Below, piece after piece: positions 28,082 to 37,878 of a stretch of DNA of 64,000 nt. The stretch lies in assembly GCA_016934535.1 (NCBI GenBank), contig JAFGSQ010000056.1, positions 1 to 64,000 of the forward strand, read 5' to 3'. Origin of the DNA: a candidate division WOR-3 bacterium. Its GTDB lineage: Bacteria; SDB-A. The notes under the pieces were generated by a model that saw nothing but the letters and a program-made list of their open reading frames with translations, was not told the origin of the DNA and made no database searches. A program made the position numbers and the translations under genes. Each line of letters opens with the position of its first letter. The first letter of the stretch is position 1.

Positions 28082-29923
28082 ATGAAACAAACTCAAGTGG
28101 TAATAATTGGAGGCGGTCACGCAGGTTGTGAAGCAGCTGTAGCGGCGGCTAAAATTGTTTCAGATGTCGTTCTCGTCACCGCCCGGGCAGATAAAATCGG
28201 ACATCTCTCCTGTAATCCGGCAGTAGGCGGGCAGGCGAAAAGCCATCTCGTACACGAAATAGACGCTCTGGGCGGAGTCATTGGACTTGTGGCCGACAAG
28301 GCCGGCATCCAGTTCAGGACATTGAGGGCGGGGAGAGGACCCGCGCTGAAAGCGCTGAGGGTTCAGGTTGACAGAAACTTGTTTATAAAAAATATGAACA
28401 GAGAACTTTTTTCCTTAAAAAATCTGAAAATCCTAGAGGCCGAAGCAATCGGTTTGGTAACTGACGGAGGCAGACTCACTGCGATAGAAACCACAGAAGG
28501 CATGATAAAATGCGAATCTGCAGTGTTGGCTCCCGGAACTTTTCTTAACGGAGTAATGTACACGGGTTTTGAGAAGATTCGGGGCGGAAGAAGAGGAGAT
28601 CACACGTCGGAACTTCTGAGCCGGGACATGGCGAGAATCGGTTTTTTGCTCGAAAGGCTAAAAACCGGAACTTGTCCGAGGATAGACGGAAAGACGGTAA
28701 ATTTTTCAGAGATGATCGAGCAAAAAGGTGACGAAGAACCGTATCCATTTTCTGCAGGGACTGACAGGAGATCAATAAGAAATTCAGCTTCATGTTATAT
28801 AACAAAAACCGAATTGAAGACTCACGAAGTAATAAGGCAAAACATAAGCAGAAGCCCGCTTTTTACCGGGATGATCACAGGTAAAGGACCGCCATTCTGC
28901 CCTTCAATTGAAGATAAAGTAATGAGATTCGGTGACAGGGCAGGGCATCCGGTATATGTCGAACCCGAAGGACTGGACGAAGACCTGAAATATCTGGCCG
29001 GGCTTTCCACTTCGCTGCCGCCGGACGTTCAGCAGGAGATTCTTGGGAGCATTCCCGGATTGAAGGACGCAGTTATTGTCATTCCAGGTTACGCTGTCGA
29101 ATACGATTATCTTCAGCCTACCAATCTTTATCCTACGCTCGAAACAAAACTTGTCTCAGGTCTTTTTACGGCAGGACAACTTAACGGAACCTCCGGTTAT
29201 GAAGAAGCGGCGGGACAAGGTGTTATAGCGGGTATAAACGCCGCGTGTCACGCCGCAGGTCTTGAAAAAGTTACGGTGGCCAGGGATGTGGCTTACATTG
29301 GAGTTATGATAGACGACCTGGTCAACAGAGGCGTCAACGAACCCTACAGGCTTTTCACTTCGCGGTCTGAATACAGGCTTTTACTAAGAAAAGACAACGC
29401 CAGGGAAAGACTGGTCGGAATAGCCGAAAAATACGGACTGATAGAAACAAATAAAATCGAAAAAGTTAAAAAACTGAAAACGATAACCGATGAGATAATG
29501 TCGCGACTCAGAAAAGAAAGATTTATGGTCCGGATAAAATCGGGCAAAGAAAAAGTCGAAGAAATAGCCTTTGTCAGGGACTTCTTTTCAGAACTCGGTG
29601 ATTCAGACATCGAATACGTCCTGGAAAGAATCGAGTCTGAAATAACTTACGACGGATACCTTCAGCGCCAGGAAGAAGAGGCTTTGAAAATGAAACAATA
29701 CGAGCAAATTGAGATACCCCTGGGCATAGATTTCTGGAGCGTTAAAAATGTCTCCAATTCGGCAAAAGAAATGTTTTCGAAGGTTAAACCTGTCAATCTG
29801 GGGCAAGCTTCAAGACTGCCGGATGTCTCTCCTTCGGACATTTTTTCACTGATGATAGGTATATCCTTATCAAAAGGCGGTTTGACTGATTTTGAAAAGG
29901 CTCAAAACGGCAGCTTGCATTGA
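28082..29923 (+). CDS. mnmG: tRNA uridine-5-carboxymethylaminomethyl modification enzyme
   Basis: IIGGGHAGCEAA, SCNPAVGG, RLKTGTCPR, CPSIEDK, GYAVEYD, AGQLNGTSGYEEAA, EPYRLFTSRSEYRL. Confidence 0.97.
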   Translation: MKQTQVVIIGGGHAGCEAAVAAAKIVSDVVLVTARADKIGHLSCNPAVGGQAKSHLVHEIDALGGVIGLVADKAGIQFRTLRAGRGPALKALRVQVDRNLFIKNMNRELFSLKNLKILEAEAIGLVTDGGRLTAIETTEGMIKCESAVLAPGTFLNGVMYTGFEKIRGGRRGDHTSELLSRDMARIGFLLERLKTGTCPRIDGKTVNFSEMIEQKGDEEPYPFSAGTDRRSIRNSASCYITKTELKTHEVIRQNISRSPLFTGMITGKGPPFCPSIEDKVMRFGDRAGHPVYVEPEGLDEDLKYLAGLSTSLPPDVQQEILGSIPGLKDAVIVIPGYAVEYDYLQPTNLYPTLETKLVSGLFTAGQLNGTSGYEEAAGQGVIAGINAACHAAGLEKVTVARDVAYIGVMIDDLVNRGVNEPYRLFTSRSEYRLLLRKDNARERLVGIAEKYGLIETNKIEKVKKLKTITDEIMSRLRKERFMVRIKSGKEKVEEIAFVRDFFSELGDSDIEYVLERIESEITYDGYLQRQEEEALKMKQYEQIEIPLGIDFWSVKNVSNSAKEMFSKVKPVNLGQASRLPDVSPSDIFSLMIGISLSKGGLTDFEKAQNGSLH

Positions 29924-29978
29924 AAAAGACAGTCTGGAAATCTGAAACTTTATTGATTGGAAACTGTGTATAAAAATA

Positions 29979-30007
29979 TTGACAAAGGGATTTTATACCG
30001 ATAAAAT
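29979..30007 (+). promoter_or_regulatory. sigma70 promoter of the rplM operon
   Basis: TTGACA, 17 nt spacer, TAAAAT. Confidence 0.75.
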
Positions 30008-30027
30008 ACACGTCTTTGAATTTATAT

Positions 30028-30069
30028 GCGCAAAAGCTTTCCTGTTTATACCGGCAGGCGAGTAAGCGC
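30028..30069 (+). promoter_or_regulatory. candidate rplM 5' leader hairpin
   Basis: GCGC/GCGC, GCTT/GAGT and CCTGTT/GGCAGG nested stems with G-U pairs on the + strand. Confidence 0.4.
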
Positions 30070-30109
30070 TGTTAATTATCGTGTTATTTAATATAAAAGG
30101 AGCGATAGA

Positions 30110-30538
30110 GTGAAAACTTACGTGCCGAAACTTGGCGAAATAAATAAAAAATGGGTGGTCGTCGACGCCAAAGACAAATCTCTCGGAAGACTTGCTTCCG
30201 GAATTGCAAAAATCCTCAGGGGCAAGAACAAGCCGAATTTCACTCCTTTCCTTGACTGCGGAGACAACGTCATTTGCGTCAATGCGGAAAAGGTCATGCT
30301 GACAGGCAAAAAACTCGATCAGAAAATATATTGGAGACATTCCGGATACATGAGCGGCATAACTCTAAGAACGGCAAGACAGGTCCTTCAGAAAAATCCC
30401 GAAAGACTTATCGAAAAGGCTGTCAAAGGCATGCTTCCAAAGGGTCCTCTCGGAAGAAAAATGTTGAGGAACCTCAAGGTTTGCAAAGGGAGCGAACATG
30501 GACACGCGGCTCAGAAACCTGAACAGATAAGCATTTAG
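30110..30538 (+). CDS. rplM: 50S ribosomal protein L13
   Basis: [38 protein letters not shown] start. Confidence 0.98.
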   Translation: MKTYVPKLGEINKKWVVVDAKDKSLGRLASGIAKILRGKNKPNFTPFLDCGDNVICVNAEKVMLTGKKLDQKIYWRHSGYMSGITLRTARQVLQKNPERLIEKAVKGMLPKGPLGRKMLRNLKVCKGSEHGHAAQKPEQISI

Positions 30539-30548
30539 GAGGAAAAAA

Positions 30549-30953
30549 GTGCCCGAAGAATTAAACAAAACCGATGACATAAAAACCGGGAGAAGGAAAA
30601 CTGCGGTAGCCAGAGTCAGACTTGTTCCGGGTTCAGGAAAAAGAATGATAAACGGAAGAAGGTTTGGAGATTATTTCAAAAGAGGAAGCGTATTAACCCT
30701 CATAGAGTCCCCTTTGAAATTACTCAATCTCAGCGAAAAATTCGACGTACTCGCAAAAGTTCACGGAGGCGGAGTGACTGGACAAGCGGGCGCCCTTCAA
30801 CTCGGCATATCCCGTTCGATAGTAAAGCTTTTTCCCGAGAAAAAAGTGGAACTGAGAAAGCAGGGTTTCTTGACGAGAAACGCGAAAATAGTCGAAAGAA
30901 AGAAATACGGCAGACCGAAAGCCAGAAAAAGATTTCAGTTTTCTAAGCGTTAA
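30549..30953 (+). CDS. rpsI: 30S ribosomal protein S9
   Basis: TGRRKTAVARV, GGGVTGQAGA, ERKKYG..KARKRFQFSKR. Confidence 0.98.
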   Translation: MPEELNKTDDIKTGRRKTAVARVRLVPGSGKRMINGRRFGDYFKRGSVLTLIESPLKLLNLSEKFDVLAKVHGGGVTGQAGALQLGISRSIVKLFPEKKVELRKQGFLTRNAKIVERKKYGRPKARKRFQFSKR

Positions 30954-30967
30954 TATTTTTACAATCA

Positions 30968-31041
30968 CATGGTCCGAGTCCGTTTGGGTCCTGATTAATT
31001 CAGGTTGGCGGACGCTGACGATCATGGTCGCGAAACCCAAA
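30968..31041 (+). ncRNA. rpsB (S2/t44-like) leader RNA
   Basis: Nested stems CATGGTC/GATCATG, GTCCG/CGGAC, CCTGA/TCAGG, with looped TGGGT complementary to downstream ACCCA next to the SD. Confidence 0.65.
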
Positions 31042-31051
31042 AGGAGGAAAA

Positions 31052-31822
31052 ATGCTCAATATCGAAATCACCGAGCTTCTCAAAGCCGGTGCCCATTTCG
31101 GTCACAAGACTGACAGATGGAATCCAAAGATGAAACCTTACATTTTCGACGTAAGGCAGGGCACGCATATAATAAACATAAGGAAAACAGTTACGGGTCT
31201 CGAAAAAGCTTCAAATGTCCTGGCAAAAATCTCGTCGCAAAACAAACCCATCCTTTTTGTCGGCACAAAGAGACAGGCGAGACCTATCATATCAGCAGAA
31301 GCCGACAGAGCGGGCGTTTTCAGTGTAACTGAAAGATGGCTCGGCGGGACTCTGACCAATTTCAAGACCATAAGAAACAGCATTTCGAAACTGAAAGAAC
31401 TTGAAAAACAGCTTCACGAAAAAGGGTCCGAAAGGCTGACTAAAAAAGAAATTCTCATGCTTCAGAAAAAGAAAGAAAAATTGGAAAGATACCTGAGCGG
31501 CATAAAAGAAATGGATATGCTTCCGTCTGCGCTGTTTGTGGTTGACGTAAAACACGAAAATATTGCCGTTCACGAAGCGAAGATACTCGGAATACCTGTT
31601 GTAGGAATTGTAGACACGAATTCGGATCCTGACCAGATAGATTATGTAATACCAGCCAATGACGATGCAATGAGATCCGTGGCTCTGATTACTCAGTATC
31701 TTGCTGATGCAATACTGCTCGGAAAAATCCAGCACAAGGAAGAAGAACCTGTTCCGAACAAAGACGACGAAACTGAAATCGAGGACGAAATACTGGAAAA
31801 GATTGAACTAAAAGAATCCTGA
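31052..31822 (+). CDS. rpsB: 30S ribosomal protein S2
   Basis: LLKAGAHFGH..WNPKM, LFVGTK, RWLGGTLTNF, VDTNSDP, PANDDA. Confidence 0.98.
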   Translation: MLNIEITELLKAGAHFGHKTDRWNPKMKPYIFDVRQGTHIINIRKTVTGLEKASNVLAKISSQNKPILFVGTKRQARPIISAEADRAGVFSVTERWLGGTLTNFKTIRNSISKLKELEKQLHEKGSERLTKKEILMLQKKKEKLERYLSGIKEMDMLPSALFVVDVKHENIAVHEAKILGIPVVGIVDTNSDPDQIDYVIPANDDAMRSVALITQYLADAILLGKIQHKEEEPVPNKDDETEIEDEILEKIELKES

Positions 31823-31857
31823 TATAAATCTACTCAATAGAAAACACTGGAGGAAAA

Positions 31858-32460
31858 GTGCCGGATAAAGACGTCAACATGGAAAAAGTGAAGGACTTGA
31901 GAAGGATCACTGACGCGGGAATAAAAGAGTGCAAGGCGACTCTTGAGGAAACGGGATGGGACCTCGATAAAGCCGTAAAAGCCCTCAGAGAAAAGGGCAT
32001 AGCTAAAGCAGACACTAAAAGCGGAAGAGCGACAAAAGAAGGAATGATTTCCTGCTATCTTCACCAGAACAAGATCGCGGGGCTGGTAGAACTGGCCTGC
32101 GAAACCGATTTTGTCGCCAGAACGGAAGTTTTTCAGAATTTAGCGAAAGATCTCGCGGTGCAGGTGGTCACATCCTCTCCGAAATCACTTAAAAAAGAAG
32201 ATCTTTCGCCTGAATTAATAGAGGCGGAGAAGGAGATATACTACAATCAGGAGAAAAAAGCCGGTAAACCTGAGAAAATTATCGGGAAAATAGTTGAAGG
32301 TAAAATTGAAAAGTTTTTCAAGGAGTCCTGTTTTTACGATCAGCCTTTTTACAAGGACGAATCAAAAACTGTGGATGAGGTCGTAAAAGAAGCCATAGCG
32401 AAAACAGGGGAAAACATTCAGATAAAAAGATTTTTCAGGATGCAGCTGGGAGAAGAATGA
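31858..32460 (+). CDS. tsf: elongation factor Ts (short form)
   Basis: VKDLRRITDAG..ECK, ELACETDFVAR, GENIQIKRF. Confidence 0.96.
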   Translation: MPDKDVNMEKVKDLRRITDAGIKECKATLEETGWDLDKAVKALREKGIAKADTKSGRATKEGMISCYLHQNKIAGLVELACETDFVARTEVFQNLAKDLAVQVVTSSPKSLKKEDLSPELIEAEKEIYYNQEKKAGKPEKIIGKIVEGKIEKFFKESCFYDQPFYKDESKTVDEVVKEAIAKTGENIQIKRFFRMQLGEE

Positions 32461-33167
32461 AATCCGGTTACGGCAGAGTGATGATAAAACTGAGCGGTGA
32501 AGCCATCGGAGAGCAGGGTAAAGTGGTTTCTCCCGAACTTCTTCAGCATATTTCCAGCGAAATAGCTCAAGTTTCGAAAAGGGGCGTTTCAATAGGACTG
32601 GTAATCGGAGCCGGGAACATTTTCAGGGGTCAGGAAATTATAGAAAGCCTCGGAATAGAAAGAGTGGTCGCTGATCAGGTAGGCATGCTGGCGACCATGA
32701 TAAACGCGCTTCTTTTCAAGGAAGTTCTGTCCTTAAAAGGAATAAAAACTTCGATATTATCAGCGCTTGATGTACCGCAACTGGCCGAAGTATATACACC
32801 TCAGAAAGCATGGGAATATATGGTAGACGGAACCTGTGTTATTTTTGCCGGCGGAACCGGCAATCCTTTTTTCACTACCGACACGGCCGCGGCACTAAGA
32901 GCGGCGGAAGTAAAAGCTGAAGTTCTAATAAAGGCTACGAAAGTTGACGGAGTTTACGACGAAGATCCGAATTGCAATCCTTCGGCAAAAAAATTCGAAA
33001 AATTGACTTACCTCGACGTCATAAACAAGGGGCTGAAAGTTATGGATGCTACAGCCATTTCGCTCTGCAGAGAGAATAAAATTCCCATATTGGTCTACAA
33101 CATGTATGAAAAAGGTAATTTGGCTGCCGCAGTGTTCAATAAAAATGTCGGCACAATTATTCAGTGA
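32457..33167 (+). CDS. pyrH: UMP kinase
   Basis: KLSGEA, GNIFRG, GTGNPFFTTDTAAALRA, KATKVDGVY, LKVMDATA. Confidence 0.97.
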   Translation: MKSGYGRVMIKLSGEAIGEQGKVVSPELLQHISSEIAQVSKRGVSIGLVIGAGNIFRGQEIIESLGIERVVADQVGMLATMINALLFKEVLSLKGIKTSILSALDVPQLAEVYTPQKAWEYMVDGTCVIFAGGTGNPFFTTDTAAALRAAEVKAEVLIKATKVDGVYDEDPNCNPSAKKFEKLTYLDVINKGLKVMDATAISLCRENKIPILVYNMYEKGNLAAAVFNKNVGTIIQ

Positions 33168-33176
33168 GGAGGGTAT

Positions 33177-33740
33177 ATGCCTGATCTCAAAAAGCTGATC
33201 GGTCTTGAGAGAGACAAAATGGATAAAAGCGTGGATCACTTCAAGAGCATGCTGTCTAAGATTCAGACAGGCAGAGCAGTCCCCGCGTTGCTTGAAGGCA
33301 TAACAGTTAACTATTACGGAACTGAAAGCCCGGTAAAGCAGGTTTGCAACGTGACGGTCCCGGAACCGAGGATGATAGTATTACAGCCCTACGACAAGAC
33401 GACAATTAACGACATAGAAAAAGCAATATCCGCTTCCAACATTGGAGTCAATCCCCAAAGTGACGGTAAAGTAATCAGGCTTGTTTTCCCGATGCTTTCT
33501 GAAGAGAGAAGAGAGGAATCAGTTAAACTTGTCAAAAAAATGGGAGAGGACACTAAAACAGCCGTGCGAAACATAAGGCACCAGTTTATCAATCAGGCTA
33601 AAAAAATGCTCAAAGACAATGAAATCTCGGACGACGAACACGAAACCTACAACGAGGAGATCCAGAGTTTGACCAACGAATTCATAAGCGAAATCGACAA
33701 ACTGATAATGAACAAGGAAAAAGAAATAAAAACGATCTGA
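33177..33740 (+). CDS. frr: ribosome recycling factor
   Basis: IQTGRA, VNYYG, NPQSDGKVIR, LSEERR, AVRNIR, KEKEI. Confidence 0.97.
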   Translation: MPDLKKLIGLERDKMDKSVDHFKSMLSKIQTGRAVPALLEGITVNYYGTESPVKQVCNVTVPEPRMIVLQPYDKTTINDIEKAISASNIGVNPQSDGKVIRLVFPMLSEERREESVKLVKKMGEDTKTAVRNIRHQFINQAKKMLKDNEISDDEHETYNEEIQSLTNEFISEIDKLIMNKEKEIKTI

Positions 33741-33742
33741 CA

Positions 33743-34462
33743 ATGACCCGCAACCGGACTAAAACTGATTTTTTAATGCCTTCTCACATTGGCATTATTA
33801 TGGACGGAAACGGGAGATGGGCAAAAGAAAGAAAATTGCCGAGGGTTTCCGGCCACGTCGAAGGAGTCAATACGGTCCGGAGAATAGTCAGACATGCAGG
33901 CAAAACAGGGCTGAAAAACCTCACTCTTTACGCTTTTTCAACAGAAAATTGGAAAAGACCGGCTGAAGAAGTAGGTTTTCTGATGAAGATGTTCGGAAAA
34001 CTTATTAAATCTGAAATTGACGAATTGATGAAAAACGACGTCAAGCTTTCATTCATAGGAAGAAAAGACTCTCTCAATAAAAGCATAGTGAATGAAATGG
34101 AGAGGTCTGCCGAGAGGACTCAAAAAAATAAAGGTCTCAATCTTGTAATTGCCATCTCTTACGGCGGAAGAGACGAGATAATTTATGCCGTAAACTCTGC
34201 CGCGCGTGATCTGGCAGACGGAAAAATCGGCGAAATCGACGAAAAAATTTTCAGGGATTACCTTTTCACAAAAGACATTCCCGATCCCGACCTTATTATC
34301 AGAACGAGCGGCGAAAAACGGCTGTCCAACTTTCTTATTTTTCAATCCGCTTATTCCGAACTGTTTTTTTCCCCGAAATACTGGCCGGAATTCAGCGAAG
34401 TAGATTTTGACGAGGCTGTGAAAGACTATTCGGGAAGACTGAGAAGGTATGGAAAAATTTGA
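33743..34462 (+). CDS. uppS: undecaprenyl diphosphate synthase
   Basis: HIGIIMDGNGRWA, LYAFSTENWKRP, SYGGR, IRTSGEKRLSNF. Confidence 0.97.
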   Translation: MTRNRTKTDFLMPSHIGIIMDGNGRWAKERKLPRVSGHVEGVNTVRRIVRHAGKTGLKNLTLYAFSTENWKRPAEEVGFLMKMFGKLIKSEIDELMKNDVKLSFIGRKDSLNKSIVNEMERSAERTQKNKGLNLVIAISYGGRDEIIYAVNSAARDLADGKIGEIDEKIFRDYLFTKDIPDPDLIIRTSGEKRLSNFLIFQSAYSELFFSPKYWPEFSEVDFDEAVKDYSGRLRRYGKI

Positions 34463-35334
34463 AAAAAAGCTTCACAGATAAAAAGAATTTAATCGCGAGA
34501 ATCGCGGTTTCGCTTATTTTCATCCCCCTGATCATTTTTTTTATAGTAAAAGGCGGATTGTTTTTTTTCATCCCGATTTTGTTGACGGCGCTGATTTCTT
34601 CAGCCGAGGCCTATAACATCGCTCAAAAAGCGCTGGGATTAGAAAAAGGAACAGACAGCAAAATGAGATATGTTTTTGTCATATCAGGGATATGCATCCT
34701 TCTTGTGAATACTTATTTCACCGGAATGCATCCTCTTCTCGTTTTGGCTTTTATCTTTTTTCTTTTTTTCGTCGAAGTGGTCACGGAAAAGCCGGAAAAT
34801 TTCGCGAAGAGAATTTCATCCGTTATATACGCAGTAGTTTATGTTTCGTGGGGATTTTGCAGCCTTTCTCTTCTGAGAGCCGCCGGATCTGAAAGTCCTT
34901 TGGGTGACAAGACAGGAGTTTATCTCCTGTTTTTGGCTTTCACGATCGCCTGGTCGTCCGATGCTTTCGGATTCGCGTTCGGATATCTGCTCGGAAAAAA
35001 ACCTCTCATTCCTTCCATCAGCCCCAATAAAACAGTCGAAGGAAGCATTGGCGGAATTGTGGGAGCTGTAATCGGAGCGGCTGTTATCAAATTGGTTCAG
35101 ATGCGACTATGCCCTTCTTTGCATTTTCCCTGGCTTTTTGTCTTTATTTGCGCGGTCTTGGGAGGGGTGGCTTCTCAATTGGGCGACCTGGTTGAGTCAA
35201 TGATGAAGAGAGATGCAAAAATTGATCAGTCATCTTTCATTCTCCCCGGACACGGCGGGATACTTGACAAGTTCGACAGCGTATTTTTTGCCGCATTCGT
35301 TATATATTTTCTGCACAGTTTTCTGATGAGCTGA
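34459..35334 (+). CDS. cdsA: phosphatidate cytidylyltransferase
   Basis: ISPNKTVEG, GDLVESMMKR, LPGHGGILDKFDS. Confidence 0.95.
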   Translation: MKKSFTDKKNLIARIAVSLIFIPLIIFFIVKGGLFFFIPILLTALISSAEAYNIAQKALGLEKGTDSKMRYVFVISGICILLVNTYFTGMHPLLVLAFIFFLFFVEVVTEKPENFAKRISSVIYAVVYVSWGFCSLSLLRAAGSESPLGDKTGVYLLFLAFTIAWSSDAFGFAFGYLLGKKPLIPSISPNKTVEGSIGGIVGAVIGAAVIKLVQMRLCPSLHFPWLFVFICAVLGGVASQLGDLVESMMKRDAKIDQSSFILPGHGGILDKFDSVFFAAFVIYFLHSFLMS

Positions 35335-35338
35335 CGGC

Positions 35339-36478
35339 ATGGAGGTAATCCTTCTCGGTGCGACAGGTTCCATAGGGAAGTCCGCTCTCGAAGTTGTAAA
35401 AAAGCAGACTGGCAAGTTCAGAATAACTGCAATCTCGGCGAACAGAAACATAGATTCGCTTATTAAAATTGCTACGGAATTCAGGGTGCCCAAAGTCATA
35501 GTGACTGACGAGAACGCACCCGGTATTGAAAAACTGAAAGAACTCAGCGGCGTTGAAATCCTTACGGGAATCGAAGCCGCTGCAGAAATTTGCGCCACAG
35601 ACAGTGCCGGAATCGTATTGAACGCCGTTGTCGGAAGCGCCGGTTATCTTCCGACAAAAAAAGCACTTGTTTCAGGAAAAACCGTAGCCTTGGCAAACAA
35701 AGAAACTCTTGTAGCTTTCGGGGATGTAATAAACAAAATACTCGAACGCGGGACAGGAAGAATAATACCTGTTGACAGCGAACACAGCGCCGTATTCCAA
35801 CTCATCGAAGGAAGGAAAAAAGACGAAATAGCCAGTGTAATCCTGACTGCCTCAGGAGGATCTCTGAGAAATCATCCCGATCCTGAAAATGCTTCGGTTG
35901 AAGATGTCCTGAAGCATCCCACCTGGAATATGGGGGCAAAAATAACTGTAGACTCAGCGACGCTTGCCAACAAGGGTCTCGAGGTCATTGAAGCGGCAAG
36001 GCTTTTCGGAATGAAGCCTGAAAGAATCAAAGTAATTGTTCACCCTACTTCGATTGTCCATTCTCTTGTAGAACTCACGGACGGATCAATTCTGGCACAG
36101 CTTGCTGTTCCTGACATGAAACTTCCTATACAATACGCGCTGAATTACCCGGATAGGCAGGATAGATTTATAAAAAGTCTGCCTCTTCACAAAGTGTCGC
36201 CTCTTGAGTTTTTTGAACCGGAAAAAGAAAAATTCCCCTGCCTGTCACACGCATACGAAGCTCTCGAAGCAGGAGGGACGATGCCGGCTGTCTTCAATGC
36301 CGGTAACGAAGAAGCTGTAGGCTTGTTTCTCAAAAAGAAGATAAAATTCGGAAGAATAAGCAAGTTGATCCGGGAGGTCATGGATAACCATATAACAGGA
36401 CCAGCCACCGAAGATGCGGTTTTCAAAGCCGACGAGTGGGCCAGACGGTATGTGTTAAATTCCGTGGAGAGTATATGA
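35339..36478 (+). CDS. dxr: 1-deoxy-D-xylulose-5-phosphate reductoisomerase
   Basis: LGATGSIG, LANKE, PVDSEHSA, LTASGG, HPTWNMGAKITVDSATLANKGLE. Confidence 0.97.
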   Translation: MEVILLGATGSIGKSALEVVKKQTGKFRITAISANRNIDSLIKIATEFRVPKVIVTDENAPGIEKLKELSGVEILTGIEAAAEICATDSAGIVLNAVVGSAGYLPTKKALVSGKTVALANKETLVAFGDVINKILERGTGRIIPVDSEHSAVFQLIEGRKKDEIASVILTASGGSLRNHPDPENASVEDVLKHPTWNMGAKITVDSATLANKGLEVIEAARLFGMKPERIKVIVHPTSIVHSLVELTDGSILAQLAVPDMKLPIQYALNYPDRQDRFIKSLPLHKVSPLEFFEPEKEKFPCLSHAYEALEAGGTMPAVFNAGNEEAVGLFLKKKIKFGRISKLIREVMDNHITGPATEDAVFKADEWARRYVLNSVESI

Positions 36479-37878
36479 ATTTCGTTTCGACGGTCGTTCT
36501 TCTCGGTGTTTTGATTTCATTTCACGAATTCGGGCATTTTATCTTTGCCGGGCTTTTCGGTGTCACCGTTCCGAAATTTTCTTTGGGTTTCGGGCCAAAA
36601 CTGTTCGGATTCAATTTCAAAGGCACTTATTTTCAGCTGTCCGCAGTTCCACTCGGAGGCTTCGTAAAAATGAAAGGCGAATCCGAAGCGGAAAAAGAAA
36701 CAATTTCATATGATAAAGACGATTTCCGAGCGAAGAATTTCATCCAAAAAACACTCATAGTAACTGCCGGTCCTTTGTTCAACGTTTTTCTCGCGTGGCT
36801 GTTCATGTTCGGGGCTAATCTTATGATGAGCGGTTTTTATATCCCCATGACTGTTGCCGGCAGAATAAATGAGAATTCCGCTTCCTGGAGAGCCGGATTG
36901 AGATCAGGCGATTCCATCATTCTTATCGGAGAGGAAAGAGTGTCCGAATGGAGAGACGTCGAAATTTCCATGGAGATGGCGAAAAACGAAAAAATCAAAA
37001 TGCTCGTTTCAAGGTATGTATCCGGTAAGCACGACACAGTCTCTTTTATAATTGAGACTGATTCAGCGGACCCTCTGCTGAGAGGCATCAGTCCTTTTCT
37101 TCCGGCTGTAATAGGAGGAGTTTCCGGAGGACCGGCTGAAGAAGCCGGGCTAAAAGACGGTGATTCAATTGTTTTTATAGCGCCGGTCGGTCCTGTTCGC
37201 GATGAAGACTCGGCTGGTCTTGATGCACTGGGACACAGGCCTGGTTATGCGGACAACTCTTCTTTCAGAATTTATGAAAAGGCGGAAAAGAACAGAATTT
37301 TCGGTTACAAAGTCCTGTATTGGCAAGATGTATCTACTCTTGTCAACGCAATGGAAAACTCCGAATTTTTTATCGCCGTGATAAGAAAGGGAGAACCGTT
37401 TTTGATCAGACTGAAACCGGCAGAAATCGAGGACAGAAGAATAATCGGGGTAAGTATAGACCTGCCTTCCAAAAGAGCGAGCGTGTTACAGGCTCTTTCA
37501 ATGTCCTTTGATCAGATGAAAATGACATTAATCGTACTCACAAAAATTCCAGGAATGATCGCTGAAAAGAAGATTACTTTGAGGGAGACTTTCGGAGGTC
37601 CCGTCAGGGTTTTTCACGAAACTTCAAAAGCGGCAAAACTCGGATTCGACACTTTTCTTTTTTTAGCCGGCTTCATATCTCTCAACCTGGCGATTTTCAA
37701 CCTTTTGCCTGTTCTCCCGCTGGACGGAGGGCACGTTTTGATTTTCCTTATAGAAACAGTCACGAGAAAGCGAGTTCCGGCTAAAGTCTTAAGAGGTTTG
37801 CAGGCGGCCGGTTTTGCGCTTCTTTTGTTTTTCGCTATGCTGGTGACCGCTAACGATCTTGTCAATTTATTCTCATGA
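36475..37878 (+). CDS. rseP: RIP metalloprotease RseP (M50, PDZ domains)
   Basis: HEFGH, FSLGFG, PLGGFV, AGPLFN, NLLPVLPLDGG; start re-set to the ATGA overlap at 36475. Confidence 0.94.
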   Translation: MNFVSTVVLLGVLISFHEFGHFIFAGLFGVTVPKFSLGFGPKLFGFNFKGTYFQLSAVPLGGFVKMKGESEAEKETISYDKDDFRAKNFIQKTLIVTAGPLFNVFLAWLFMFGANLMMSGFYIPMTVAGRINENSASWRAGLRSGDSIILIGEERVSEWRDVEISMEMAKNEKIKMLVSRYVSGKHDTVSFIIETDSADPLLRGISPFLPAVIGGVSGGPAEEAGLKDGDSIVFIAPVGPVRDEDSAGLDALGHRPGYADNSSFRIYEKAEKNRIFGYKVLYWQDVSTLVNAMENSEFFIAVIRKGEPFLIRLKPAEIEDRRIIGVSIDLPSKRASVLQALSMSFDQMKMTLIVLTKIPGMIAEKKITLRETFGGPVRVFHETSKAAKLGFDTFLFLAGFISLNLAIFNLLPVLPLDGGHVLIFLIETVTRKRVPAKVLRGLQAAGFALLLFFAMLVTANDLVNLFS

